A stretch of 64,000 nucleotides of DNA from an uncultured Acidimicrobiaceae bacterium. Lineage in GTDB: Bacteria > Actinomycetota > Acidimicrobiia > Acidimicrobiales > RAAP-2. The translations under genes and the position numbers were made by a program. The stretch lies in the NCBI GenBank assembly GCA_963817875.1, contig CAWFPQ010000009.1:55442-119441 (forward strand). The letters are read 5' to 3'. Below, piece by piece: positions 27,376-36,554 of this stretch; positions within the stretch are counted from its first letter, which is position 1; each line of letters starts with the position of its first letter. Below the pieces are notes generated by a model that saw only the letters and a list, made by a program, of their open reading frames with translations, was not told the DNA's origin and did no database searches.

Positions 27376-28949
27376 CCGGCGGCGCGGTGCAGCCGCTCGT
27401 CGGGTTGCCACCTCCGACGAAACCGCTCAGGCCCGGGTCGTGGTGGAACTGGAGCCAGCTTCCGGGCTCGGCCAGCCGCGCGCTGCTCGAACCGGAGACC
27501 TCGAAGTGCTGCACCATGCCTTGCACGTACGGCGTCCCCGCGATGGCGAAGTATCCCGCCACCGTGATGCCGACGGTCCCGTTCGGGTCGGCGGTGATGA
27601 GCGGGGAGTTCTGGAAACCGTAGATCTGCCCGTTGCCGTCGACCTCGTCGACCGTGGCTCCGGTCCTACCGTCGAGGATGTCGATGCCGCGGGTGGTCGG
27701 CACGACCACGTCCTGGTACCCCCCGCCGGTGAGGTCCGCCGTGGTCACCGACCCGATGACTGCGCCGCTCACCCGGGTCGACCACCACACGGACCCGTTC
27801 GCGGCATTCAGAGCCCAGACCGATCCCGACGTGTTGTCGATGTTGGTTCCTTCGACGACGGCGAGGGAACCGTCACCCTCGACGTCGGAGAGCGCCGGGC
27901 TGCTCGTGGTCACACCATTGAGCTTGGCGCTCCACACCTGGTCGCATTCGGTGTCGTACACCTTCACGGTGTCCTCGTCGCTCACGCCGTTGTAGAACGA
28001 ACCCGTGCCGGTGGCGATGCCGTAGGCCCCACCGGGGAGGATCGGACCGACTGCGGGCGACGAGTCCACCTCCTCGTTGGGATCGGCCTCGCAGACGAGG
28101 CCGCCGTGCTGGTTGTAGATCCGCACGTGCCCGCCCGCGGCGTAACGGACACCGTAGGCCTCGCCGGGCGAGGAGGCGCCACCGGCGACGAAGTCCTCCT
28201 GTCCCGTGCCGTAGAGGTCGCCGACGGCCGCGGTCGAGAAGACGCTGTCGGCCGAGAACTGCGGCCAACCCGTGGCGGGGGTGCCGTGGGACGTGTCGAG
28301 CGCGTACGTCTCCTGGCCGAGCGACCCCGCCTCGACGACGGACCCGTTCCCGCCGACGGCCGGGGACGCCAGCACGCCCCCGTCGGGTTGGTCGTCGGAG
28401 GGAGGGTTCTGGACGAGTTGGTTCCAGAGGACGTTCCCTCCCGGTCCGTAGGCCCAGTACCCGCCGAGCACGGGTGCTGCCGCGTTGCCCGCTCCGAAGT
28501 AGAGGTTGGTGTTCCCCACGGATGCCGTCGAGTCGATCGGCGCGTTCTCGGGCACGGAGATTCCCTGATACGCCGGCGTTCCGAGCTGGGGGCTGCCGCT
28601 CACGTCGACGTCGCAACCCTGGCCGGACCCGACAGTGGGAGAGTCGGTGGGTGCTCCCCACCCCGGCGGCACCGAACCGTTGCTCAGGTCGAAGCCGTAG
28701 ATGTCCCCCTGGCGGTCGCCGACCTCCACGAAGGGGTTGCCGCCGACTGTATCGAGGACCGGCGAAGCCGAGCGCGACGCCGCAGGGTGCGTCGTCGAGG
28801 TCGTGCATCCAGGTCTGCACCAGTGTCACCGGGGGAGCGGCCGCGGCCGGCTGAGTGGGGTCGCGGGCGATACCGATGACCAGGCACGTGGACACGGCGC
28901 AGAGGGCGGCGAGGAGCGCTCCGGTGGGGACTTTCAGCGCGTGGATCAC
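26626..28949 (-). pseudogene. Secreted FG-GAP/VCBS-repeat protein with a six-repeat GYWLVASDGG.F.FGDA C-terminal module; reading frame broken twice (+1 each)
   Basis: Three pieces lie in three frames.
- Signal peptide piece: VIHALKVPTGALLAALCAVSTCLVIGIA..., in the frame of track ORF 27873..29015
- Main body: track ORF 26513..28729
- Last two repeats: track ORF 26626..26895, [24 protein letters not shown]...

The breaks lie at about 28745-28800 and at the GCGCGC run 26916-26921. Confidence 0.7.
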
Positions 28950-29129
28950 GACAGTGTTCGGTACTCCCGCGTGCTCGGTACTCCCGCCCGGCCGGTGAAT
29001 GTAGCAGGTGGCCACTCGAGAAATGGCGGAGAAGAGCGGTTCGAGCCGTCGGAACGGCGCGCGCCGTGCGCGTCCATCGCGCCGAAGGTGCCGACACCCG
29101 GGGTATCGCGGACCAGACCGGTAGCATCA

Positions 29130-30173
29130 ATGAGCGTGTCGCCTCCGCTTCCTCCCACGGGTGACCCCGGCGGCGACGCCACCGGTGACGCCGATCGACC
29201 GCCCGGCGGGACGGCACGCGGGATGGCCGACGGCACCATCTCAGAGGAGGCACGGTCTGCCGCGGCTGCCGCGTTGCGCGACGCCTTCATTCGTTTGCAG
29301 CCGCAGGGGAGCGACGCGTGGAACTTCCTCGGCGCGTTCACGCATCTCGGGGACCGCTACGGGCCGTACCAACCGGGTGCGTCGGGTACGTCCGATCTGA
29401 TCGGGTCGGACAAGGCCCAGTCACGACGTCGAGGCGGGAGGCTGGAGCGCATCCGAGGCGCGACACTGCGCGGACCGGCGCCCGACGAAGGCAAGACCGA
29501 GATCGAAGAGGCGATGGCCCAGGTCGTCGAGGCGTTCCGATTCCTCTCGGCCCGAGTGGAGACCCTCGAGGCCCGGCTGGCGGCGCAGGACCACCCGGTT
29601 GACGGCGCAGCCTGGTTGGCTCCGGCGCAGGAGCTCGGGCAGTGGGTCGAGCCGATAGCCGCTCACGTCGTCGGCTGCACACCGGGAGGCGACGTCGTGC
29701 ACGCGGATTGCGGCGAGGGTGCGCTCGTGGCGGCGATCGCCGCGGCCGGGGCACCCGCGGAAGGCGTGGAGCCGCGCGGCGGCGTGGCCCTCCACGCGCT
29801 CGAGCAGGGGTGCCGCGTCGCCATCTGCGAGGTTCACGAGCATCTGAGCGCGCGGCCGCCCGGTTCGCTCGGCGGCCTCGTGCTGAGCGGTGTGGTCGAC
29901 CGGCTGCCGGTCGGCGCGGTCGTCCGTCTGTTGGCACAGGGCCGTCGGACGCTCGCGCTCGGCGCGCCTTTCGTCGTGGTGGCGGAGCCGGCGGGCTCCG
30001 GCGAGGCGTGGGAGCCGACGGCGTCGGACCTGCTGGCCGGCCGGCCGCTCCACGGCGCGACCTGGGAGGTGTTGCTCGAACGCGCCGGGTTCACGTCGGT
30101 GGCCCCGCTGCGCGGGCCCATCGACCTGGGGAACGACACGCGACTGGCCGTCGCTGCTGCGGCGCCTTCGTGA
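29130..30173 (+). CDS. Methyltransferase-fold protein, paralogue of 13318..14307
   Basis: It aligns by eye with 13318..14307: LSARVETLEARLAAQ vs VDGRLKDLERTLEAQ, VVHADCGEGALV vs VLHVACGDGWLV, GGLVLSGVVDRL vs GGLILSGLVEGM, GRPLHGATWEVLLERAGF vs GRPLRPETWCHLLEEDGY. The start is uncertain (ATG 29130 or 29223). Confidence 0.65.
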   Translation: MSVSPPLPPTGDPGGDATGDADRPPGGTARGMADGTISEEARSAAAAALRDAFIRLQPQGSDAWNFLGAFTHLGDRYGPYQPGASGTSDLIGSDKAQSRRRGGRLERIRGATLRGPAPDEGKTEIEEAMAQVVEAFRFLSARVETLEARLAAQDHPVDGAAWLAPAQELGQWVEPIAAHVVGCTPGGDVVHADCGEGALVAAIAAAGAPAEGVEPRGGVALHALEQGCRVAICEVHEHLSARPPGSLGGLVLSGVVDRLPVGAVVRLLAQGRRTLALGAPFVVVAEPAGSGEAWEPTASDLLAGRPLHGATWEVLLERAGFTSVAPLRGPIDLGNDTRLAVAAAAPS

Positions 30174-31330
30174 GCGCCGTTCACCACTTCGTTCCCGTCC
30201 TCCACCGGGGCGACGCCGTGGGCCGGCACACCCTCCGCCTGTGCGCGGCCACGAGACGTCGGGGGGTGGAGTCGAACATCTACGTGGACACCGTCGAGAC
30301 CGAGACCGTGGGCGAGACACTCCCGGTCCGGGACTATCCCGGTGCCGCACGGCCGGGTGACGTGCTCGTCTACCAGTTCGCCACGGCATCGTTCATGGCT
30401 CCGTGGCTGGCCACTCGCCAGGAGACCCTCGTCGTCAACTACCACAACATCACGCCGCCCGAGCTCATGGCGCCGTGGGACAACCATCTCGCGCTCGGCC
30501 AGTTGCAGGCCGAGCACGAGCTCCGCCTCCTGGCGCCGCGGGCCGTCCTCGCCGTTGCGGACTCGGCGTACAACGCGGCGCACCTGGGGGAGGCGGGCTT
30601 CTCCGACACCGCCGTGATCCCGCCCTCGGCTGCGCTCGACCCGCCGACACACGCGGTCGCCTCACCGGTCACGCCGTCGTCCTCCGCCTCCCGGACCGCG
30701 GCGCGTGAGATCCGGCGCGCTCCGCCCGAGACCGGTGCTCGTTGGCTCGCCGTCGGACGTGTCGCGCCGAACAAGGCGTTGCACCACACCATTGCCGCGC
30801 TCGCCGTGACACGGGCGCACCACGACCCCGATGCCACCCTGCTGGTCGTCGGCAAGCCGGCCACCGCCACGTACGACCGGGCCCTGCACCGCTACGCGGC
30901 CGAGCTCGGGTTGACGTCCGCCGTCGCGTTCACCGGCCACGCCTCCGACGCGTCCGTGGCCGAGGCGTACGCATCCGCCGACGTCCTCGTGGTCACCTCG
31001 GAGCACGAGGGCTTCTGCGTGCCCGTGGTCGAAGCCATGGCGTCCGGCCTGCCGGTGGTGGCGTTCGACCAGGGCGCCGTGCCAGAAGTGCTCGGTGGCG
31101 GCGGCGCTCTCGTGTCCTCGAAGGACCCGTATGCGCTGGCGGCGACCGTCCGTGCCGTCCTCGGCGACGCGGCCGGGCGCAAGGCCATGGGTCAGGCGGC
31201 CGCGCGCCGGCTCGAAGAGCTCGACATCGGCACGGCGGCGGATCGTTTCGCCTCGCTCCTGATCGACCTGCTCGACCGAGGCCGTCCCGGCTCGCCCCGT
31301 ACCGCGCCCACGTCCCGTCCGGGCCGGTGA
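30170..31330 (+). CDS. GT4 family glycosyltransferase (HHFVP-type paralogue)
   Basis: GTG at 30170 overlaps the preceding TGA (GTGA). The sequence has VHHFVPVLHRGDAVGRHTL...VVNYHNITPPE...VGRVAPNKALHH...SEHEGFCVPVVEAMASGLPVVAF. Confidence 0.85.
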   Translation: MSAVHHFVPVLHRGDAVGRHTLRLCAATRRRGVESNIYVDTVETETVGETLPVRDYPGAARPGDVLVYQFATASFMAPWLATRQETLVVNYHNITPPELMAPWDNHLALGQLQAEHELRLLAPRAVLAVADSAYNAAHLGEAGFSDTAVIPPSAALDPPTHAVASPVTPSSSASRTAAREIRRAPPETGARWLAVGRVAPNKALHHTIAALAVTRAHHDPDATLLVVGKPATATYDRALHRYAAELGLTSAVAFTGHASDASVAEAYASADVLVVTSEHEGFCVPVVEAMASGLPVVAFDQGAVPEVLGGGGALVSSKDPYALAATVRAVLGDAAGRKAMGQAAARRLEELDIGTAADRFASLLIDLLDRGRPGSPRTAPTSRPGR

Positions 31331-32438
31331 GCGGCGTCCACCATTTCGTGCCCACGCTCCACCGCGGTGACGCGGTGGGACGCCACACCCTGCGCCTGCG
31401 CGACGTCCTGACCTCGAGGGGTGTCGCCTCGCAGATCTTCGTCGAGACACCCGACCCCGACACGGTCGCCGACTCGCGGCCCTACGCCGCCTACGACGAC
31501 GTGGCGTCGGCCGGCGACGTCCTCGTCTACCAACTCGCGACCGCGTCGGGCATGGCCGAGTGGCTGTCCGGGCGCCGCGAGATGCTCGTCGTGAACTACC
31601 ACAACGTGACGCCGCCCGAGTACTACGCGCCCTGGGACAACGGGCTTGCCCGCCACCAGCTCCGGGCGCGGGGCGAGCTGGAGCTTTTGGCGCCGCGCGC
31701 CGCGCTCGCCATCACCGACTCCCGCTTCGACGAGGCAGAGCTGCGAGAAGCGCGCTACGTGCGCACGGCCGTCGTACCGCCCGCCGCGGCGCTCCCCGCA
31801 CTCTGCGACTCCCCTGCCGGCGGCCCCTCTGGCGCTCCCGATCCCGCCGCCCGCTCCGATCCCGCCGCCCGCTCCGACGCCGCACGGGGCGCGCGATGGG
31901 TGAGCATCGGACGCCTCGCGCCGAACAAGGCCCTGCAACATGCGATCGCCGGTCTGCTGGTGGCCCGCCGGCACCACGATCCGCGCGCCACGCTCGAGAT
32001 CATCGGCCGCCCGGTCGTGCCGGCCTACGCGCCGCGCCCTGCGCCGCTACGTCGACGAGCTCGGCCTGACGCGCTCCGTCACCTTTCATGGAGCGGTCGA
32101 CGACGCCGCACTGGCGGAGTTGCTCGGCCGCGCCGACGTCGTGGTCCTCAGCTCGGAGCACGAGGGCTTCGGCGTCCCCGCGGTCGAGGCCTTGGCGGCC
32201 GGCATCCCGGTCGTGGCCAACCGGGCCGGCGCGTTGCCCGAAGTCATAGGGGACGCGGGCGTCCTCGTCGACGCAGGAGACCCGTACACGCTGGCCGAAG
32301 GGGTGGCAGCGGCGATCGAGGCGCGTGAGGACCCGGTCCGCCGGGCTGCGGGTCTGGAGGCGGCCCGCCGGCGTCTCGACGAGATCGACCTGCCGACTGC
32401 GGCTGACCCGCGCGGTGGACCTGATCAGCGCCCTCTGA
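31327..32438 (+). pseudogene. GT4 family glycosyltransferase (HHFVP-type paralogue) with two +1 frameshifts
   Basis: GTG at 31327 overlaps the preceding TGA.
- Break 1: at 32029-32035. PAYA|RALRRYVDELGL, compared with ATYDRALHRYAAELGL in the neighbouring paralogue.
- Break 2: at the CCC run 32407-32409. After it the third frame gives TAADRAVDLISAL-stop, compared with TAADRFASLLIDLL in the paralogue.

The restored stop is at 32436-32438. Confidence 0.7.
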
Positions 32439-33507
32439 CCGCGGTCTCGACGAGCGAGACGAACCGGTGCGTCGAGCCGGCCAGGTCGAACTCCGCCGCT
32501 CGCGCCAGCCCGGCTCGCGTGAGTACGGATTGGAGCTGCGGGTCCGAGAGCACCCGCCCGACCGCCGCGGCGAAGGTGACGGGCGACTTGTCCGGCAGCA
32601 ACAAGCCGGCGCCGGCCACCGTTTCGGGCACGGCCGTCACGCCGTAGGCCACGATCGGCAGCCCGTGGCCCATGGCCTCGGCCAGGGGCACGCAGAAGCC
32701 CTCGTGGTCCGAGGCGGACACGAACACGTCCACGCCCCGGTAATAGGCTTCGAGCTCGGCGCCCGTGACCGAGCCCGCGAAGATGACCGCGTCGTCCAGC
32801 CCGAGCTCGGCGACGAAGGCGCGGAGCGCCGGCTCGTAGGTCTCACCGAGCGGTGAACCCACCAGATGCAGTCGCGCCGCGGGGTCGTAGAGGCGCCGGA
32901 GCACGTCGAGCATCTTGACGAGGTCGTGCGGCGCCTTGTGGGGCGAGATCTTCCCGACGTACAACAGATCCGCTCCGCCCTCGCGTGCCTTGCGCTCTCC
33001 CAGCCACGTGGCCAGTGCCGGATCGGGCTCGTCGCTCTTGGCCGCCATGTCGATGAGCAGCGGCACCACGGCCGTGCCCTCGTAGCCGAGCGCGTGCAGC
33101 TCCGACTCGTTGAAGGCGGAGTCGGCGACGGCGAAGCGGCTCTCCGCGGCGAGGCGCGCCAACTGCGTGCGCCCGAGCGCGACCTCGTACGCCACGTTCG
33201 GCTCCCAGTCGCGCAGCAGCGACGCCGGAGTGATGTTGTGGTAGTTCACCAGCTTCGGTTCGGGCCTCGTGGCCAGGATGTCGTAGACGGGGCTGCCGAT
33301 GGAGGCTTGATACAGCAGCCACCGATCGCGCCCACTGCGGCCGAGCTCGGTGACGGGACGTCCTTCGTGCTCGACGTCGGGAGTGAAGCTGCCGTAGTAG
33401 ACGTCGGACTCCATGCCCGCGGCGCGCAGGCCGTCGCGCAGGTTCAGCGTGTGGACGCCGACGGCGTCACGACTGGCGAGCGACGGGATCACCTGGTCGA
33501 CCCGCAT
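32425..33507 (-). CDS. GT4 family glycosyltransferase (paralogue of the HHFVP group)
   Basis: From MRVDQVIPSLASRDAVGVHTLNLRD (ATG 33507). The sequence has LVNYHNITPASLL, VGKISPHKAPHD and SDHEGFCVPLAEAMGHGLPIVAY. Confidence 0.85.
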   Translation of the reverse strand: MRVDQVIPSLASRDAVGVHTLNLRDGLRAAGMESDVYYGSFTPDVEHEGRPVTELGRSGRDRWLLYQASIGSPVYDILATRPEPKLVNYHNITPASLLRDWEPNVAYEVALGRTQLARLAAESRFAVADSAFNESELHALGYEGTAVVPLLIDMAAKSDEPDPALATWLGERKAREGGADLLYVGKISPHKAPHDLVKMLDVLRRLYDPAARLHLVGSPLGETYEPALRAFVAELGLDDAVIFAGSVTGAELEAYYRGVDVFVSASDHEGFCVPLAEAMGHGLPIVAYGVTAVPETVAGAGLLLPDKSPVTFAAAVGRVLSDPQLQSVLTRAGLARAAEFDLAGSTHRFVSLVETAVRGR

Positions 33508-33595
33508 CGGGCCGCGAGTGTACCGGCGGGATCCACCCCCGGATTGTGCCGGGATACGCCAATTCGCCCGCGGCGAGCCATAGCATCGTCGCATC

Positions 33596-35728
33596 GTGTC
33601 GGCCCGATACCGTCCTGCCCGAGATGTCATCGCGGGCCCGCGGGGACACCGCCGAGACTCCCCGCGTCGACGAACGGGCCACGTGGCCGCGATCCTGGCC
33701 CTGCTGTCATCGGGAACCGGGGCGGCGGCCGCCCTGGTCGGCCCTGCATCGCCTGCGGCGGCGTTCCCGACCTCCACGGTGACCCTGGTCGGGCACGGGT
33801 GGGGTCACGGCATCGGCATGAGCCAGTGGGGATCGCTGGGGTACGCCCTCGGACAGGACGGCGGCGCGGGGAACATCCCCTACCCGGTGATCCTGGCCCA
33901 CTACTACGGCGGGACGACACTCACGCAGACCAACGACGGCGCCTCCATGCACGGCGGCAACGTGATCGTGGCCATGACCGAGGTGGACGGCGGAGACACG
34001 ATCGTCACGGCCGCGGGGGGCGGCGCGGTGAACTTCCCCGGAGGTTCCGCCCCGGCCGTCCTCTTCCACCAGCTCAGCCCGGGGGTCTTCCAGATCGACA
34101 CCAGCGCCTCGTGCGCCGGCCCGACGTGGACGGCGGTCGGCACGGCCGCCGACCCGGTCGCCTCCGCGGTGGGCGGCGGACCCGTCGAGCTCTGCACCTC
34201 CGGTGGCACGATCGAGGTCCACGGCACCCTGGGCGCCCTCACGAACTCCATCGGGCAGTCACGCACCGTCAACACCGTGCCGATTGAGCAGTACGTGGCC
34301 GATGTGGCGCCGGCAGAGTCCCCCTCGACCTGGGCCACCCTCGGCGGTGCCGGCCCGCAGGGCCAACCGTGGGGATTCCAGCAGAGCGAGTCCCAGACCG
34401 TCGCCGCCCGCTCCTACGTCGAGGCGAGCCCGTTCGGTTACGGCGGCTACGCCGACACGTGCGACCAGTTCTGCCAGTCCTATCCGGGCATGCGATGGGA
34501 GTCAGCCAGCTCGCTGCTGGCCGCGGGTGACACCGCGGGCCAGGTGATGATGGTGGACGGCACCCGCACCGTCGCCACCACCGAGTACTCGGCGTCTTCC
34601 GGCGGCTACACGACCGGAGACCAGTTTCCTGCCGTGCCGGACACGGGGGACGCCATCTGCATACCGCAGGCGTGCAATCCCAACCACACCTGGACCGCGA
34701 ACGTACCGGTGTCGTCGATTCAGGCCGCCTATCCGCAAATCGGCACGTTGGTGTCAATCACGGTGACGCGACGCAACGGGCTGGGGGACCTCGGAGGCCG
34801 GGTGGAGCAGATGACGATCATCGGCACATCGGGAGGGGTGATCGACACCGGGGACGGTTTCGAGGCCAAGCTCGGCCTCAAGTCCGACTGGTTCGCTCTG
34901 GCCGGCCAGCCGGGCGGTGGCGTCGGCGGGTACTGGCTCGACGCGACCGACGGGGGAGTGTTCACGTTCGGCAACGCGCGGTTCTTCGGCAGCATGGGTG
35001 GAGTGCCGCTGAACAAGCCCGTCGTCGGTATGTCGGGCACGCACGACTCGGGCGGTTACTGGGAGGTGGCGTCCGACGGTGGGATCTTCAGCTTCGGTGA
35101 CGCCCAATTCCACGGCTCGGTTCCGGGCGTGCTCATGCCCGGCCAGTCGCTCAACCGGCCGGTCGTCGGCATGGCGACGACGCCCGACGGGGGCGGCTAC
35201 TGGGTCGTCGCCTCCGACGGCGGCGTGTTCTGCTTCGGCGACGCGCCGTTCGAGGGTTCCGTGCCCGGCGTGCTCAAGCCCGGCCAGTCGCTCAACGCGC
35301 CCATCGTCAGCATCGTGCCCACCCGGGACGGGCGGGGCTACTGGCTCGTCGCCTCGGACGGCGGCGTGTTCGCGTTCGGCGACGCGGGATTCGTCGGTTC
35401 GCTCGGGTCGTCGCCACCGCCCACGCCGATCGTGGGCGTCGCCCCAACTCCCGACAACGGCGGCTATTGGCTGCTCGAGGCGGACGGGGCCGCACATGCG
35501 TTCGGTGACGCTCCTGGTGTCGGGATCAGTGGGGAATCGCCGGGCCTGGGGTCACGGAACAGCGCGATGACGTCGCTGGCGGCCGACAGGACCGGCGGCG
35601 GCTTCGACGCGGTCGACGGTACGGGCCAGGTCTTCGCCTACGGAGACGCGCCCTACTTCTCCGACGTGGCCGGCACCGTCCGCGGGTACAGCGGGCACAT
35701 CGTGGGGATCGCCGACACCCCGGGTTGA
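33596..35728 (+). CDS. SpoIID/LytB domain protein with six C-terminal GYW.V.SDGG.F.FGDA repeats
   Basis: Signal-like N-terminus and GHGWGHGIGMSQWG. SpoIID motifs VPIEQYVADVAPAES, QTVAARSY and EYSASSGGYT are present. Six repeats follow from about residue 445. Confidence 0.9.
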   Translation: MSARYRPARDVIAGPRGHRRDSPRRRTGHVAAILALLSSGTGAAAALVGPASPAAAFPTSTVTLVGHGWGHGIGMSQWGSLGYALGQDGGAGNIPYPVILAHYYGGTTLTQTNDGASMHGGNVIVAMTEVDGGDTIVTAAGGGAVNFPGGSAPAVLFHQLSPGVFQIDTSASCAGPTWTAVGTAADPVASAVGGGPVELCTSGGTIEVHGTLGALTNSIGQSRTVNTVPIEQYVADVAPAESPSTWATLGGAGPQGQPWGFQQSESQTVAARSYVEASPFGYGGYADTCDQFCQSYPGMRWESASSLLAAGDTAGQVMMVDGTRTVATTEYSASSGGYTTGDQFPAVPDTGDAICIPQACNPNHTWTANVPVSSIQAAYPQIGTLVSITVTRRNGLGDLGGRVEQMTIIGTSGGVIDTGDGFEAKLGLKSDWFALAGQPGGGVGGYWLDATDGGVFTFGNARFFGSMGGVPLNKPVVGMSGTHDSGGYWEVASDGGIFSFGDAQFHGSVPGVLMPGQSLNRPVVGMATTPDGGGYWVVASDGGVFCFGDAPFEGSVPGVLKPGQSLNAPIVSIVPTRDGRGYWLVASDGGVFAFGDAGFVGSLGSSPPPTPIVGVAPTPDNGGYWLLEADGAAHAFGDAPGVGISGESPGLGSRNSAMTSLAADRTGGGFDAVDGTGQVFAYGDAPYFSDVAGTVRGYSGHIVGIADTPG
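34926..35725 (+). repeat. Six tandem ~40-aa coding repeats of the same family as 26626..27375
   Basis: [102 protein letters not shown]. Confidence 0.8.
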
Positions 35729-35822
35729 GCATCCTGAGCCGGATCTCGCCGGCACCGGTCAACGTCGCCCCGCCCAGGCCGGGCCCGACCGGCTGAGCAA
35801 GATCGGCTCGGCTCGGTTCGGC

Positions 35823-36554
35823 TTAGCGACCGCCGTCGCCCCGGGCGACCTCGGCCAGTCGCGGAAAGTGCCTGAGGCGCCCGAGCCTGCCCAGCCTTCC
35901 GGCATCGACGCCGTGGTCGGCCGCGTTGAGGAGCCGCAGGTCACCCCGGCTGTTGCCGTAGGCCCAGAGCAGCGGTTGCTCGCCTCCGTTGTTCGAGAGG
36001 AGCCCCCGGGACCGCAGGTGGACGACCAGGCGGGTGTACTTCTCGGAGCCCCGACAGTTCTTGCCCTCGTAGCCGCCCGTGAGCAGCCCGCCCCCACCGA
36101 CGGCGAGCCTCGTCGCCACCACTCCGTCCACTCCGAGCAGGCGACCCGATGGAACGACATAGCACTCCGGCGAGGCCGAGACGATGACCGTGTGGTGACC
36201 CTGGCGCTGGTGCCACGCCAAGCGCCGCTTCGTGTCGTCGCGCAGGTGACGTCCCAGGTGGCGCTCGGCGAAAGCCGCGCTGCGCCGGTCCAGCTCGTGC
36301 TGGGGGAGACCCCCGAGGAGCCGCGTGAACAGGGTCTCCTTCACCGAGTCGGCCGACGACCCGCCGGTGACCGCGGCCTGGAGCAGGCGGGGCGACAACC
36401 GGACCACCGCCCGCAGCACGGGCCACCACCCCCGCACGGAGACGAGGAAGGGAAAGACGCTGCCCGCGTCGGTCAGCGTGCCGTCGAAGTCGAAGGCCGC
36501 CACGGTGACACGTCGCGTGGGGTCGGCCACACGTTCAGCCGACCGGAGTGCCAC
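35823..36554 (-). CDS. HAD-IB family hydrolase (SerB-like subfamily)
   Basis: Motif I AAFDFDGTLT, motif II VIVSASP, and the C-terminal GNSRGDLRLL region. Confidence 0.85.
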   Translation of the reverse strand: MALRSAERVADPTRRVTVAAFDFDGTLTDAGSVFPFLVSVRGWWPVLRAVVRLSPRLLQAAVTGGSSADSVKETLFTRLLGGLPQHELDRRSAAFAERHLGRHLRDDTKRRLAWHQRQGHHTVIVSASPECYVVPSGRLLGVDGVVATRLAVGGGGLLTGGYEGKNCRGSEKYTRLVVHLRSRGLLSNNGGEQPLLWAYGNSRGDLRLLNAADHGVDAGRLGRLGRLRHFPRLAEVARGDGGR

